64,000 bases of DNA. It comes from Pontiella sp. (GTDB lineage: Bacteria > Verrucomicrobiota > Kiritimatiellia > Kiritimatiellales > Pontiellaceae). Below the pieces are notes generated by a model. It searched no databases. It saw only the letters and a list, made by a program, of their open reading frames with translations, and was not told the origin of the DNA. Of the stretch, positions 30,252 through 40,070 are shown piece by piece. Location: NCBI GenBank assembly GCA_050290185.1, contig JBNKHE010000002.1, positions 32,001 through 96,000 of the forward strand, read 5' to 3'. Made by a program: the position numbers and the translations under genes. Positions within the stretch are counted from its first letter, which is position 1. Every line of letters begins with the position of its first letter.

Positions 30252-31222
30252 GAGGTTGCCTGCACCTTCTTGAACAGCTTCAGGTTTTCCTGACTCAACA
30301 CACCGAGTCCCAGCTTGGCGGCCATGGCCAGATAGGAAACATCGTTCGGATCAAGCCCCAGCAACTGCACACCAAAACAGTCGATCGCCACCTGGTCGGT
30401 GCCAGCCACAATCACATTGCCGGGTTTCACGTCGGACGGACTGCCGCCGGTCGGCCCATTCGACACCAGCAGGCGCGAGCCATCGAGTACCACGAGCGTC
30501 GGTGTGATGAACTGTCCCAGGTCTGCAATCACCTCGTTGATCGCCTGATGCAACCGGTTGCGCGGTCCGCCCAGCAGGCCATACCAGTTTTTCATGGTCA
30601 ATGTGGCCTTGCTGAGGTTGTGCGACTTGACGGTTGGAATTCCGATCAGTTTATCGGCCCAGTCGAGCGGACGATAGAGTGCCTCCCAGTCGGGAATCCG
30701 CAACGAACCCACCTTCACCTGTCCGAATAACGAAGCGGTCGGAAGCCATACCTCGCCGCCGGCGGAACCGACGGCATCCATCAGGCCGGACTTGACAAAG
30801 CACCCCTCGGGATTGTTGATCGGGTTGTCGATCACGCGCACCTGCGCACCGGCAGCCACGCATTGCCGGACGACTTCGGCCGTTACCTCCGGCGAGGTGG
30901 TGGCCCCGAGATGCGGAGGCCGATCGAAGGCGCAGTTGGGCTTGATTAAAACCCGGTCGCCCGCCCTGACGAAGCGCTCGATGCCACCGAGCTCCTGCAA
31001 CGCCGCGCGCACCGCCAACGCCGGGTCCGTGCCTTCGGCCACGGTCATCATGCCCTCCGTTCCGGGTACCGCAAACGAGGGAATAAGTTTGGCGGTTTCG
31101 CCGGAAGGAACCAGATTGCGGTTATGGAAGAACGCACCGACCGCAGCGGTTCCAGCGGCAAAGCCGGCGGCCGCACCCACGCGCTTCATAAACATTCTGC
31201 GTTCGGATGATGAATTATTCAT
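30248..31222 (-). CDS. DUF362 domain protein with Tat-like signal
   Basis: ERRMFMK; LGGIERFV..GDRVLIKPN, KSH..TLTMKNWYG, NGPTGG, DQVAID. Confidence 0.9.
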   Translation of the reverse strand: MNNSSSERRMFMKRVGAAAGFAAGTAAVGAFFHNRNLVPSGETAKLIPSFAVPGTEGMMTVAEGTDPALAVRAALQELGGIERFVRAGDRVLIKPNCAFDRPPHLGATTSPEVTAEVVRQCVAAGAQVRVIDNPINNPEGCFVKSGLMDAVGSAGGEVWLPTASLFGQVKVGSLRIPDWEALYRPLDWADKLIGIPTVKSHNLSKATLTMKNWYGLLGGPRNRLHQAINEVIADLGQFITPTLVVLDGSRLLVSNGPTGGSPSDVKPGNVIVAGTDQVAIDCFGVQLLGLDPNDVSYLAMAAKLGLGVLSQENLKLFKKVQATS

Positions 31223-32132
31223 TTTCTTCCATCCGCTCCTTCAAGATATTCCAATGGTCCATCAGTGCTTCACGCGAGGTCGCGTTCTGCACGCCCCAGA
31301 CCTGTCCATCGATCACGCCGGCGATGCTCCACGATCCAAACATAGAGCCCCCCGAAGCTCCGCCTTCCGTAAAGAGCTCTTCCCCGCCATACATCGCCAG
31401 CTCCTCGGAATAGGCCGCGACGGTTGCATCATCGCCCGCGGTGGTAAACCAGACGGCCGCATTACTGTTCAGTGAAACATCGACCGTGCGCACCTTATTG
31501 AACGAGGAAAACCCGAATGCATTCTCGGGAATAAAGCCCTCGGCATCGCCGGCTATATCGTTGCCCGCCAATGCGACCAGATCCACCTGATCTACACCGC
31601 TTTCGCCGTCCCCCGTTTGACTGAGATGCGGGATCAGCGCCTTGGCCAGTTCAATGGCGGGCGCGGTGTCCGCACCCGCGGTCAGCGCATTAAGCTGAAG
31701 ATAGTATGTCCCAACCGTCAACGCCACCTGACCGGGAAGCGTGTAGCCTTCCACGCCTTCAAGCGGTTGGCCTTCGACCGGCTTTTCCCCGTTGTACGAT
31801 CCGCGGGCCCCCTGCTCCGCCTCGAAGTGGTAGAGGTACATGTCCCAAAGCTGGCCGCTGGCTTCCCATTCACCGCTGCTGAGATCCATTGCGCCATATT
31901 GGAGATAGTAGTCGGACTTTCCGTTGATCTTCTCGAACATGCGGTCGGCGGGAAGAAAAACCCCGTCGGTCAGCACCCAGCTTCCTAAAGAAACGGGAAT
32001 CGGCAGGGCCGTTACTTCCGAGGCCGGCGGCGTAAAAAAGGCCGGATTGTAGAACTGCCCCTTTACGAGAAACAACAGAAGCACCACGACCGGGAGAATC
32101 CATCCCGCTATCAGAAGAACACGAGGAAGCAT
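31215..32132 (-). CDS. DUF6599-like periplasmic protein
   Basis: N-terminal TM; MFEKINGKSDYYLQYG motif; typical position in AKR-DUF362 operons. Confidence 0.65.
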   Translation of the reverse strand: MLPRVLLIAGWILPVVVLLLFLVKGQFYNPAFFTPPASEVTALPIPVSLGSWVLTDGVFLPADRMFEKINGKSDYYLQYGAMDLSSGEWEASGQLWDMYLYHFEAEQGARGSYNGEKPVEGQPLEGVEGYTLPGQVALTVGTYYLQLNALTAGADTAPAIELAKALIPHLSQTGDGESGVDQVDLVALAGNDIAGDAEGFIPENAFGFSSFNKVRTVDVSLNSNAAVWFTTAGDDATVAAYSEELAMYGGEELFTEGGASGGSMFGSWSIAGVIDGQVWGVQNATSREALMDHWNILKERMEENE

Positions 32133-32141
32133 GGTCGTTTC

Positions 32142-33257
32142 CTAGGCCAGCGCCGTTTCGGCCCGGCGGATATGATGCGCCACCGGCACCCCATTCGGGC
32201 AGGCCCGCTCGCAAATGCTGCAATCGCCGCAAACCGACAACGACGGGGTCCGTCGCAGACCACGATAGGTGTCAAAGGCCATCTGCACATATTCGGCGTT
32301 TTCCATGTAGTAGTCCGAGCAGCGGACCACATCCGATACCTGCAGGCCCTTAGGACAGCTGGACGTGCATACACCGCACATCAGGCAATGGCCGCTCATG
32401 GCCACCCTGGCCGAGTTGCGCAACCGCACGCCCGCCTGCGGATCCGGTTTCGCCTTCGCGGCATCGACCAGCTTCTTGACTTCCGCAAATGAATTGGCGC
32501 CCTTGTTGATCGTCGTGATCCCGGGCGTCGCAAGATAGTGCGGTACGGCGTCTTCGTAGGCACCTTGCACCCCACGCCCTGATTTCATCAAGACGATGCC
32601 GACGCCCTCCTTTGCCGCCCGCTCGAAGATCGGAAGGAATTTTTCCTCGTCCACCATGGAATAGGCCGGCATGAGCGCATCGTAGAACCCCTGGTCCAGC
32701 GCGGCCGTCAGGCAGTTGTCCACATCGCCGTGTGAGGTCAGACCGATGTACTTGAACTTCCCGGCCTTTTTCCAGCGTTCGGCGCCGGCCTTGTATTTTT
32801 CCTGCTTTACATCGTTGGCGTTGTGCAGGTTGAAAAAAGCGATATCGACGCTGTCAACACCGAGTGTTTCGAGCGCCTTGTCCATGGCATAATCGTCATC
32901 CGGAGCCCAGGTAATCTTCAACCCGATCTGCACCTTATCCGTCTGGCCCTTGATCGCCTCGGCGACATGATTGATGGAAACGCCCCCCTTGTATTCGGTC
33001 GAGGTGTGAATAAAGGTCATACCCTGTGCGATGGCGGACTTGATCACATTGACATCCTGCGCCGGCCCGGTGCCCAGCGAAACGGCCGGAAGCATCAGAT
33101 CGGTCTTGCCTAGTTTACGCAGCGGAACGCCACCCTGGGGCGATTTTGCGTTTTCCTCGGCGGCCTGGACCTGTCCGCCTGTCACGACGGTAGCGCCCAC
33201 AACCAAACCGGCACCTTTGAAGAAATCAGAACGGGATAGTTTTCCAGAATCATTCAT
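32142..33257 (-). CDS. aldo/keto reductase with C-terminal 4Fe-4S domain
   Basis: PLRKLGKT, GKFKYIGLTSH, GIVLMK; CLMCGVC...CP and CGDCSICERACP. Confidence 0.88.
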   Translation of the reverse strand: MNDSGKLSRSDFFKGAGLVVGATVVTGGQVQAAEENAKSPQGGVPLRKLGKTDLMLPAVSLGTGPAQDVNVIKSAIAQGMTFIHTSTEYKGGVSINHVAEAIKGQTDKVQIGLKITWAPDDDYAMDKALETLGVDSVDIAFFNLHNANDVKQEKYKAGAERWKKAGKFKYIGLTSHGDVDNCLTAALDQGFYDALMPAYSMVDEEKFLPIFERAAKEGVGIVLMKSGRGVQGAYEDAVPHYLATPGITTINKGANSFAEVKKLVDAAKAKPDPQAGVRLRNSARVAMSGHCLMCGVCTSSCPKGLQVSDVVRCSDYYMENAEYVQMAFDTYRGLRRTPSLSVCGDCSICERACPNGVPVAHHIRRAETALA

Positions 33258-33409
33258 CGCGACCCTTCCTTTCTGGCTGACCGCACCGCGCGGAAACCTT
33301 GAAGAAAGTTGATAACATTCGTCATACAGACCGTCAAACCGTCACCCCGTATCCGTCATCTTTGCACGGAGTCCGATTAGTCCCAGGTAATAGCAGCATG
33401 CGATGCGAA

Positions 33410-34402
33410 TCAATGCGTCCATTTGAGTAACAACAAAACCGTTCCGGTCTGAACCAGGCTAAGCCCGCCCACCAGCAGCATGGCTTTGGGTCCGTGGACC
33501 AGCAGGGAGCGGAACCGGATGCGGCTTCCGACCGCGACCATTGCCACCACCATCAGCACCTTGGCTGCAAGCCGGATATCCAGCATAACCACATGGCTGG
33601 CCGGCAACAGGCTGGCTAGCACGGCGAAGAACAGAAAACCGAGAATATAGCCGGGCATGCGCGGCAGGCGCCGTTTTCCCGCAACATCCGGCGTGTGAAA
33701 AAGATGATGGAGCAGCACGACCAGCGGACCGATCATCAGTACACGCATCATTTTTACAACCAAGGCATGGTTGCCCACATCGCCGGAAACCGCAAAGCCG
33801 GAAGCCGCCACCTGCCCCACCGCCTGAAGGCTGCCGCCGATCAGGTTGGCGGTCTGGTCCGCCGACAGCTTCAACGCCGTAGCGAGCCCCGGCAACACAA
33901 ACATGCCGACCGTTCCCATCAGATTGACGGCTGCGATCGCCACCGGCACTTCGTGCTTGCGGACCTTCAGAGCCGGCGCGCTCGCCAGCACCGCAGAGGA
34001 ACCACAGACCGAATTCCCGATCCCGAGCATCAGAGCCGAATGCCCTGAAAAACCAAGCAGACGACCGAGCGGAAGGGAAACAAGAATCGCCAGCAGCATG
34101 GCCGGAATCGCCACAAGAAACGCGTCCATGCCGGTGTGCCCCATAGCGTGAAGTTCCAGCTCGCTTCCCATCAACGCAATCGCCGCCGGAAGAATGGCGT
34201 GGTCCGCAAAATCAAAACCCGCCGAAAACAGATGCTCCTCCGGCATCAGGTTGCCCGCCACCATCCCGATCAGGATCGCTAGGCAAATCGCGCCCGGCAG
34301 GGGTATCACCTTAGAGAGAAACATCGACAGCACGGCCAAGGCGATGGCGGCCAGCAATCCTGGAATTATTTTTCTATTCGGTAAATTCATGTTCAACCCC
34401 AT
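33410..34402 (-). CDS. YeiH/UPF0324 membrane protein (putative sulfate exporter family)
   Basis: AILIGM..GN, GIGNSVCGSSAV, GGSLQAVGQV, VVKMMRV; multiple TMs. Confidence 0.9.
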   Translation of the reverse strand: MGLNMNLPNRKIIPGLLAAIALAVLSMFLSKVIPLPGAICLAILIGMVAGNLMPEEHLFSAGFDFADHAILPAAIALMGSELELHAMGHTGMDAFLVAIPAMLLAILVSLPLGRLLGFSGHSALMLGIGNSVCGSSAVLASAPALKVRKHEVPVAIAAVNLMGTVGMFVLPGLATALKLSADQTANLIGGSLQAVGQVAASGFAVSGDVGNHALVVKMMRVLMIGPLVVLLHHLFHTPDVAGKRRLPRMPGYILGFLFFAVLASLLPASHVVMLDIRLAAKVLMVVAMVAVGSRIRFRSLLVHGPKAMLLVGGLSLVQTGTVLLLLKWTH

Positions 34403-34467
34403 TTAAAACACGGGTAGTTGATACGCTTTTATGTCTAATTAATCCAATTCATCGTATTTATTGTAGT

Positions 34468-34484
34468 TATCAATTTTTATGATA
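34468..34484. promoter_or_regulatory. LysR-type operator (ATC-N9-GAT)
   Basis: tATC-aatttttat-GATa in the AT-rich divergent yeiH/yeiE intergenic region. Confidence 0.6.
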
Positions 34485-34494
34485 TAAGAACTCC

Positions 34495-35382
34495 ATGAAC
34501 ATCACGCTTCGTCAGCTAGAGGTTTTCTGCGCTATCGCCCATCGCGGCAACGTGAGCCGGGCGGCGGAAGACGCCTCGATCTCGCAATCCGCCGCCAGCA
34601 TGGCGCTGGCGGAACTCGAACGGCAACTTGGCGAACTGCTATTCGATCGCTTCGGAAAAAAACTGGCCCTCAACGAAAACGGGAAACTCCTGCGTCCTCG
34701 GGCGCTTGAACTGCTTGCTCGGACCCACGAAATCGAGGGAATGTTTACCGATGCCGATGGAACCGGCGGCGAACTCAAAACGGGAGCCAGCTCGACCATT
34801 GGCAACTACCTCATGCCCGGCATTCTGTCCCGTTTTTCCCACGAACATCCACGTGCGCGGATCGCCCTGCGGGTGGGAAACACCGAACAGATTATCGCCG
34901 CGGTGCTGGCGTGCGAGATCGACGTTGGATTCATTGAAGGGCCGTGCAGCGATCCGAACATTGAAACGCGGATCTGGCGCGAGGACGAACTGATCGTTTT
35001 CGCCCATCCGGGTCACTCGCTAGCCGCAAAAAAGAAAGTCCTTCCCAAGGATTTGGTTTCCGCCGAATGGGTGCTGCGCGAACGCGGTTCCGGTACGCGC
35101 TCCATCTTCGAACGGGCCGTGGAAAGCCTGCCGGGCAGCCTGTCCATCCGTCATGAACTGGGTCACAGCGAAGCCATCAAGCGGGCCGTCAAAAACGGAC
35201 TCGGGATCAGCTGCCTATCGCGGCTGACCGTTCAGGAGGATCTCGAAAACGGAACACTGGTTGAATTGAAAACCCCGTTCCTGCAACTCCGGCGCAATCT
35301 CTACATCCTGCTCCGTAAGGACAAGTACATGACCGGCACGCTACGGCTGTTCCTTGATGCGCTGACAAATCCAGAATCCTAA
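34495..35382 (+). CDS. LysR-family regulator (YeiE/CysL-like)
   Basis: ITLRQLEVF, SQSAASMAL.ELE, GASSTIGNY, WVLRERGSGTR, SEAIKRAV; divergent from yeiH-like gene. Confidence 0.93.
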   Translation: MNITLRQLEVFCAIAHRGNVSRAAEDASISQSAASMALAELERQLGELLFDRFGKKLALNENGKLLRPRALELLARTHEIEGMFTDADGTGGELKTGASSTIGNYLMPGILSRFSHEHPRARIALRVGNTEQIIAAVLACEIDVGFIEGPCSDPNIETRIWREDELIVFAHPGHSLAAKKKVLPKDLVSAEWVLRERGSGTRSIFERAVESLPGSLSIRHELGHSEAIKRAVKNGLGISCLSRLTVQEDLENGTLVELKTPFLQLRRNLYILLRKDKYMTGTLRLFLDALTNPES

Positions 35383-35391
35383 GCACCCTGA

Positions 35392-35505
35392 GATACGCGG
35401 CCTTTGCTACGCAAAGAGCCACGTCCTACAACGCACAAAAATCATCCCCGATGCAGAACATGAACCCACACGGTGTAGGACGCGCCTCTCCGCAGGAGGG
35501 CGCGT
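35392..35505. repeat. REP doublet (BIME/REPIN-like), left copy
   Basis: GTAGGACGTGGCTCTTTGC..GCAAAGGCCGCGT on minus and GTAGGACGCGCCTCTCC..GGAGGGCGCGT on plus; 35392-35484 is repeated at 36047-36138. Confidence 0.85.
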
Positions 35506-35557
35506 TTTGTTATGAATAATTCTTTCAACTATAATATGATTCCATAACCCTAAAACC

Positions 35558-36031
35558 ATGAACAAACATCACCCCAAACGCCCACCGCGATTGACGAATG
35601 TCTTCCATAAATTCGATCCGCCCCTTTACTTCATCACATTCTGCACATTCGACCGCAAACCGCTCCTTGCCAACGACACCTTCCACCACCATTTTGTGCA
35701 GCACATGAAACGCAAAAGCGGTAACGGCATCGCTTGCGGGGAATATGTCGTAATGCCCGATCACATCCATTGCTTCCTGCGTATCGATCCGCACCGCTTC
35801 CAACTCGGCAAAACAATCGGCTTCATCAAGCAATCCCTCTCCAAACCCTTGCGGGACGCAGGATTCGCACAACCGCACTGGCAGCCCGGTTTCTTCGATC
35901 ATCTCCTGCGAAACGCCGACAGCTATTCTGAAAAATGGGAGTATGTGCGCCACAATCCCGTGCGGGCCGGATTGGTGAAACATGCGGATGATTGGAAATA
36001 CCAAGGAGTCATCGTTCCGATCCGGTACTGA
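35558..36031 (+). mobile_element. REP-associated tyrosine transposase (RAYT / TnpA-REP, IS200/IS605 HUH Y1 family)
   Basis: YFITFCT, YVVMPDHIH (HUH), WQPGFFDHLLR, EYVRHNPVRAGLV; flanked by GTAG REPs. Confidence 0.92.
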
Positions 36032-36046
36032 AAAACCATGCAGACG

Positions 36047-36210
36047 GATACGCGGCCTTTGCTGCGCAAAGAGCCACGTCCTACAACGCATAAAATCATC
36101 CCTGATGCAGAACATGAACCCACACGGTGTAGGACGCGGTTCCCGAAGGGGACGCGTCGAGGTCCGAACGCCGAGATACACGCCCTTCGTGCCAAAGGGG
36201 CGCATACCAC
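36047..36210. repeat. REP doublet, right copy, plus a degenerate third REP
   Basis: near-identical to 35392-35484; includes GTAGGACGCGGTTCCC-GAA-GGGGACGCGT, followed by a decayed gagatacacgccctt..aaggggcg unit. Confidence 0.85.
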
Positions 36211-36218
36211 ATACCGGA

Positions 36219-36551
36219 TCAATAATAGTTCGCGTAGAGCCAATAGATGCCGGCCAGCGCCAATCCATGAACCACAAGATACGGCGTTGAAATCGGGAGC
36301 GCCTGGAACAGCTTGTGTCCGTGGGCGAGCGATCGTTTTGCCAGCAGAACGGCAACGGAAAGCAGAAGCCCGAAAGCGCCAACCGTGGAAAGCATGAAGA
36401 AAAGCGTTTTCACGGCGTCCGAGCAGGACAGGCCCCGGACATAGTTCTCCATGAGATTATCCAGCAGCCCGACCAGCAAAATCGCCTCGGCGGAAATCAG
36501 GCGCTGGTTGGAAAACCAACGCCGCCAGGAAGCATTACGTTTTTTCGCCAT
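36219..36551 (-). CDS. small hypothetical membrane protein
   Basis: 110 aa, about 3 hydrophobic segments; starts 12 nt after the alaS stop. Confidence 0.65.
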   Translation of the reverse strand: MAKKRNASWRRWFSNQRLISAEAILLVGLLDNLMENYVRGLSCSDAVKTLFFMLSTVGAFGLLLSVAVLLAKRSLAHGHKLFQALPISTPYLVVHGLALAGIYWLYANYY

Positions 36552-36563
36552 CGAAACTGCAGC

Positions 36564-39218
36564 CTAGCTGTGCATTTCCTTCAGCAATCCGGGCACGGCC
36601 TTGATGGCGTCGGCGACCTTGGAGCCGTCCTTGCCGCCGGCCTGGGCCTTGTCGGGCCTGCCGCCGCCACCACCGTCGGCGAGCTTGGCGACTGCGCCGA
36701 TGAGCTTGCCGGCATGGATGCCTTCCTTTACCAGATCGTCGCTGACGGACGCCATGAAGCAGGCCTTGCCGTCGGCGTGGCTGCCGAGAATGATGACACC
36801 GCTTTCGAGCTTCTGGCGCAAGCGGTCCATCAGTTCGCGCAGCGCGTCCATCGGGACTTCGCCGGCCGTAGCGGCCAGCAGCGGCATGTTGTCGACCTTG
36901 TCGGTGAGCGTGATGTGCTCGACCTTCGTCAACAGGGCTTCGATGCCGTGGACGGCGGCCTTCATGCGCGCTTCCTTGAGCTGTTTTTCTGCGGTTTTTG
37001 CCTGGTCGGCAATGGCCTTGATCCGGTCCGGCAGGTCGGCAGGTTTGACGCTGAGGCTCTGGCTGAGATTGGTCAGCAGTTCATGCTCTTCGGCGGCCCA
37101 AGCGAGCGCCTCCATGCCGGTGACGGCTTCAATACGGCGGATGCCGGCGGCCACGGATGATTCGGAAAGGATACGGAACTGGCCGATGTCGCCGGTCGAC
37201 TGGACGTGCGTGCCACCGCAGAGTTCCTTGCTAAAATTGCCGACCGTCACGACGCGAACGCTTTCCCCGTACTTGTCGTCGAAGACGGCCTGGATGTCGC
37301 CGGACTTCTGGACGTCGGCCAGCGCCATTTCGGTAGTCGCCACTTCGGTGTTTCGCATGATCTCGTGGTTCACGATCTGTTCGATCTTGCGCAGTTGCTC
37401 GGGCTTGAGTGCCTCGAAATAGTTAAAGTCGAACCGGAGGTAGCCGGGCGCGACGAGCGAACCGGCCTGCTTGATCGTCGGATCAACCACTTGGCGCAAC
37501 GCGGCATTGAGCAGGTGCGTCGAGGTATGGTTGCGGCGGAACTGTCCGCGGCGGTAGCGCTCAACGGCGGCCAATGCCCGGTCGCCCTTTTTAACTTCGC
37601 CAAATTCGAGTTCGCCGACGTGCAGGATGATGCCTTCGGGTGTTTTCTGCGTATCGGTAACCTTGAAGTTGAAGTTGGCACCCTTGATTTCGCCCTGGTC
37701 GCCGAGCTGACCGCCGGATTCGGGATAAAACGGGGATTCCTTGAGAATGACTTCGCCGGATTCAAGCACTTCGAGTACTTCGGTTTCGCACTTGACGGCA
37801 TCGTAGCCGACAAACACGGTCGACTCGACATCCAAAGCGCCGCCTGCGGCCATGACAACCGACTTCTTGCTCTTATAGTCGGCGCGGGCGAGTTCGCGTT
37901 GTTCGTCCATCAGTTTTTCAAAGCCCTCGGCGTCAACGGAGAGGCCGCGTTCGCGAGCCATCACCTGGGTAAGGTCGAGCGGAAAACCGTAGGTATCGTA
38001 AAGCTTGAATGCCTCGTCGGCCGGGAAGGTTTTATCGGACAAGCCGGCAACCACCTGCTCGAAGAGTTCGATGCCGCGGTCGAGGGTGCGGATGAAGGAG
38101 TCCTCTTCGGCCTTCAGTGTTTTGGACACGCGGTCGAGGTTCTTGCGCAGTTCGGGGAAGGCGTCGCCATAGAGTTCGGCGACGGTGTCGGCGAGCTTGT
38201 AGAAGAAGGGATCCTTGAAGCCGAGAACGCGCCCAACACGGACGGCGCGGCGCAGAATCCGGCGCAGCACGTAGCCGCGGCCTTCGTTGGACGGAATAAT
38301 GCCGTCGGCGATCGCGAAGGAGAGGCAACGGATATGGTCGGCGATGACGCGGAAGGCGACATCGACAGAATCGGTCATGGAACTGCCGTATTTCTTTCCG
38401 CTCATTTCCTCCAGCGCGCGGAAGATCGGCGTGAAGACGTCGGTCTCATAGTTGGAGATGATGCCGGAAAAGTCGGTAAAGTTGTTGGTGCACTGGATGA
38501 TCGAGCAGGCGCGCTCGAAGCCCATGCCGGTGTCAACGTGCTGGGCGGGCAACGGCGTATAGCTTCCGTCGGCGTTGGCGTTGAACTGGATGAAAACGAG
38601 GTTCCAGATTTCGATGCAGTCGGCGCTGTCGGCATTGACCATCTTGGCGCCGCAGTTTCCTTCGGGCGTCAGGTCGACGTGCAACTCGGAGCACGGGCCG
38701 CAGGGGCCGGTGTCGCCCATCATCCAGAAGTTGTCCTTGCGATTGCCGGGAACGACGCGTTCCTCTGGCAGGTATTTCAGCCACATCTCCTTGGCTTCGA
38801 GGTCGGCCTCGGATTTATCGTCGCCGCCGAAATAGGTGGCATAGAGGCGCTCTTCCGGAAAACCCCAAACCTTGACGAGCAGTTCCCACGCCCAGTCGAT
38901 GGCTTCCTGCTTGAAATAGTCGCCGAAGGACCAGTTGCCGAGCATTTCAAAGAAGGTGTGGTGGTAGGTGTCGGCGCCGACGTCCTCGAGGTCGTTGTGC
39001 TTGCCGCCGGCGCGGATGCATTTCTGGGTGTCGGCGGCGCGGCCCGGCGTGTAGGGGCAGTTGGCCTGACCGAGGAAGATCGGCACGAACTGGTTCATCC
39101 CCGCATTGGTAAACAGCAGGTTCGGCGCGTCGGGCATCAGACTGGCCGATTTCACGACCGTGTGCTGCTTCGATTCAAAAAAATCCAGAAACGACTGGCG
39201 GATTTCCTTCGATGTCAT
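36564..39218 (-). CDS. alaS: alanine--tRNA ligase
   Basis: LLFTNAGMNQF, HHTFFEMLGNWSFGDYFK, DTGMGFER, RNHTSTHLL, ELCGGTHV, GGGGG.AQAGG. Confidence 0.98.
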   Translation of the reverse strand: MTSKEIRQSFLDFFESKQHTVVKSASLMPDAPNLLFTNAGMNQFVPIFLGQANCPYTPGRAADTQKCIRAGGKHNDLEDVGADTYHHTFFEMLGNWSFGDYFKQEAIDWAWELLVKVWGFPEERLYATYFGGDDKSEADLEAKEMWLKYLPEERVVPGNRKDNFWMMGDTGPCGPCSELHVDLTPEGNCGAKMVNADSADCIEIWNLVFIQFNANADGSYTPLPAQHVDTGMGFERACSIIQCTNNFTDFSGIISNYETDVFTPIFRALEEMSGKKYGSSMTDSVDVAFRVIADHIRCLSFAIADGIIPSNEGRGYVLRRILRRAVRVGRVLGFKDPFFYKLADTVAELYGDAFPELRKNLDRVSKTLKAEEDSFIRTLDRGIELFEQVVAGLSDKTFPADEAFKLYDTYGFPLDLTQVMARERGLSVDAEGFEKLMDEQRELARADYKSKKSVVMAAGGALDVESTVFVGYDAVKCETEVLEVLESGEVILKESPFYPESGGQLGDQGEIKGANFNFKVTDTQKTPEGIILHVGELEFGEVKKGDRALAAVERYRRGQFRRNHTSTHLLNAALRQVVDPTIKQAGSLVAPGYLRFDFNYFEALKPEQLRKIEQIVNHEIMRNTEVATTEMALADVQKSGDIQAVFDDKYGESVRVVTVGNFSKELCGGTHVQSTGDIGQFRILSESSVAAGIRRIEAVTGMEALAWAAEEHELLTNLSQSLSVKPADLPDRIKAIADQAKTAEKQLKEARMKAAVHGIEALLTKVEHITLTDKVDNMPLLAATAGEVPMDALRELMDRLRQKLESGVIILGSHADGKACFMASVSDDLVKEGIHAGKLIGAVAKLADGGGGGRPDKAQAGGKDGSKVADAIKAVPGLLKEMHS

Positions 39219-39280
39219 TTTCACAACCTTCTTTCCATAAAACAAAAGCCGCCGAACCCGGTCGGCGAAAAACAGCGGGC

Positions 39281-39309
39281 TTTATACTGGCATCGGCGAA
39301 CCGATGCAA
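39281..39309 (-). promoter_or_regulatory. sigma70-type promoter of alaS
   Basis: minus strand TTGCAT-N17-TATAAA. Confidence 0.65.
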
Positions 39310-39457
39310 TGGCGGAATCGTGGCGAAAGCGGCCCGAATTGAACGATTGAATCCGAAAGAAGGTCTTACATTAATATGATGATCATGTTTTAAGTTTTTA
39401 TTGTCCAGCACTGGATCAACGACTATAAACCCAGAAACCTACCAAGGAGACCGACTG

Positions 39458-40066
39458 ATGAAACTTTCAATGCAAACCATCGCACTCATCGCAACATGTG
39501 CGGTGCTGAGCTTTGCCGCCAAGGCTGCAACCAACCATTTCGCGTGCGGAAACAGCGGGTTTTCCGCCTACATAATCAATGGCGAAAATAACCCTGATCT
39601 GACGCTGGTGCGCGGATTCACCTACACCTTTAATCTGAATGCCGCCGGGCATCCCTTCTACATCAAGACCGTACAAGGAACAGGAAGCGGGAACGCCTAC
39701 TCGGACGGGGTAACAGGAAACGGCACCCAAATTGGCACGGTTACGTTCACCGTTCCCACCAATGCACCGGACCTCTTGTACTACAACTGCCAATTCCACG
39801 CCCTCATGACGGGCAAACTGAATATTGTGGACACGCCAACGGTCAACATCACAAGCTTCACCGTTGGAACAACCGATGCCACGATCCAGTCCACCGGCAC
39901 CGATACGCTGAATATCAATGTCCTCACGAGCACCAATCTGACGACCAACACCGTTTGGACATCCGCATCGATCCAAACCAACACCTACGCCAACGGCACC
40001 AACACCACGCAAATCGTGAAGCCGGAAGGCGATGCCGCCTTCTTCCAGGTGGAACAGGGCTTCTAG
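39458..40066 (+). CDS. secreted cupredoxin-like protein with C-terminal T-rich/sorting-like domain
   Basis: AAGGAG RBS; signal peptide; GHPFYI and YYNCQFHALMTG (His...Cys-x2-His-x2-Met); ends AAFFQVEQGF. Confidence 0.75.
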   Translation: MKLSMQTIALIATCAVLSFAAKAATNHFACGNSGFSAYIINGENNPDLTLVRGFTYTFNLNAAGHPFYIKTVQGTGSGNAYSDGVTGNGTQIGTVTFTVPTNAPDLLYYNCQFHALMTGKLNIVDTPTVNITSFTVGTTDATIQSTGTDTLNINVLTSTNLTTNTVWTSASIQTNTYANGTNTTQIVKPEGDAAFFQVEQGF

Positions 40067-40070
40067 CCCG

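Noticed and set aside
35392..36210. Possible CRISPR array
   Set aside because: Only two long repeat units around a gene, a conserved spacer, and no cas genes; these are REPs
39219..39280. T-box riboswitch before alaS
   Set aside because: Leader is only about 55 nt and lacks the UGGNACC T-box motif
37206..39350. 714-aa plus-strand ORF
   Set aside because: Antisense to alaS, explained by GC-rich codon bias, with no recognisable motifs. The same applies to long shadows at 1372-2442, 23089-24435, 50870-51979 and 56839-57891
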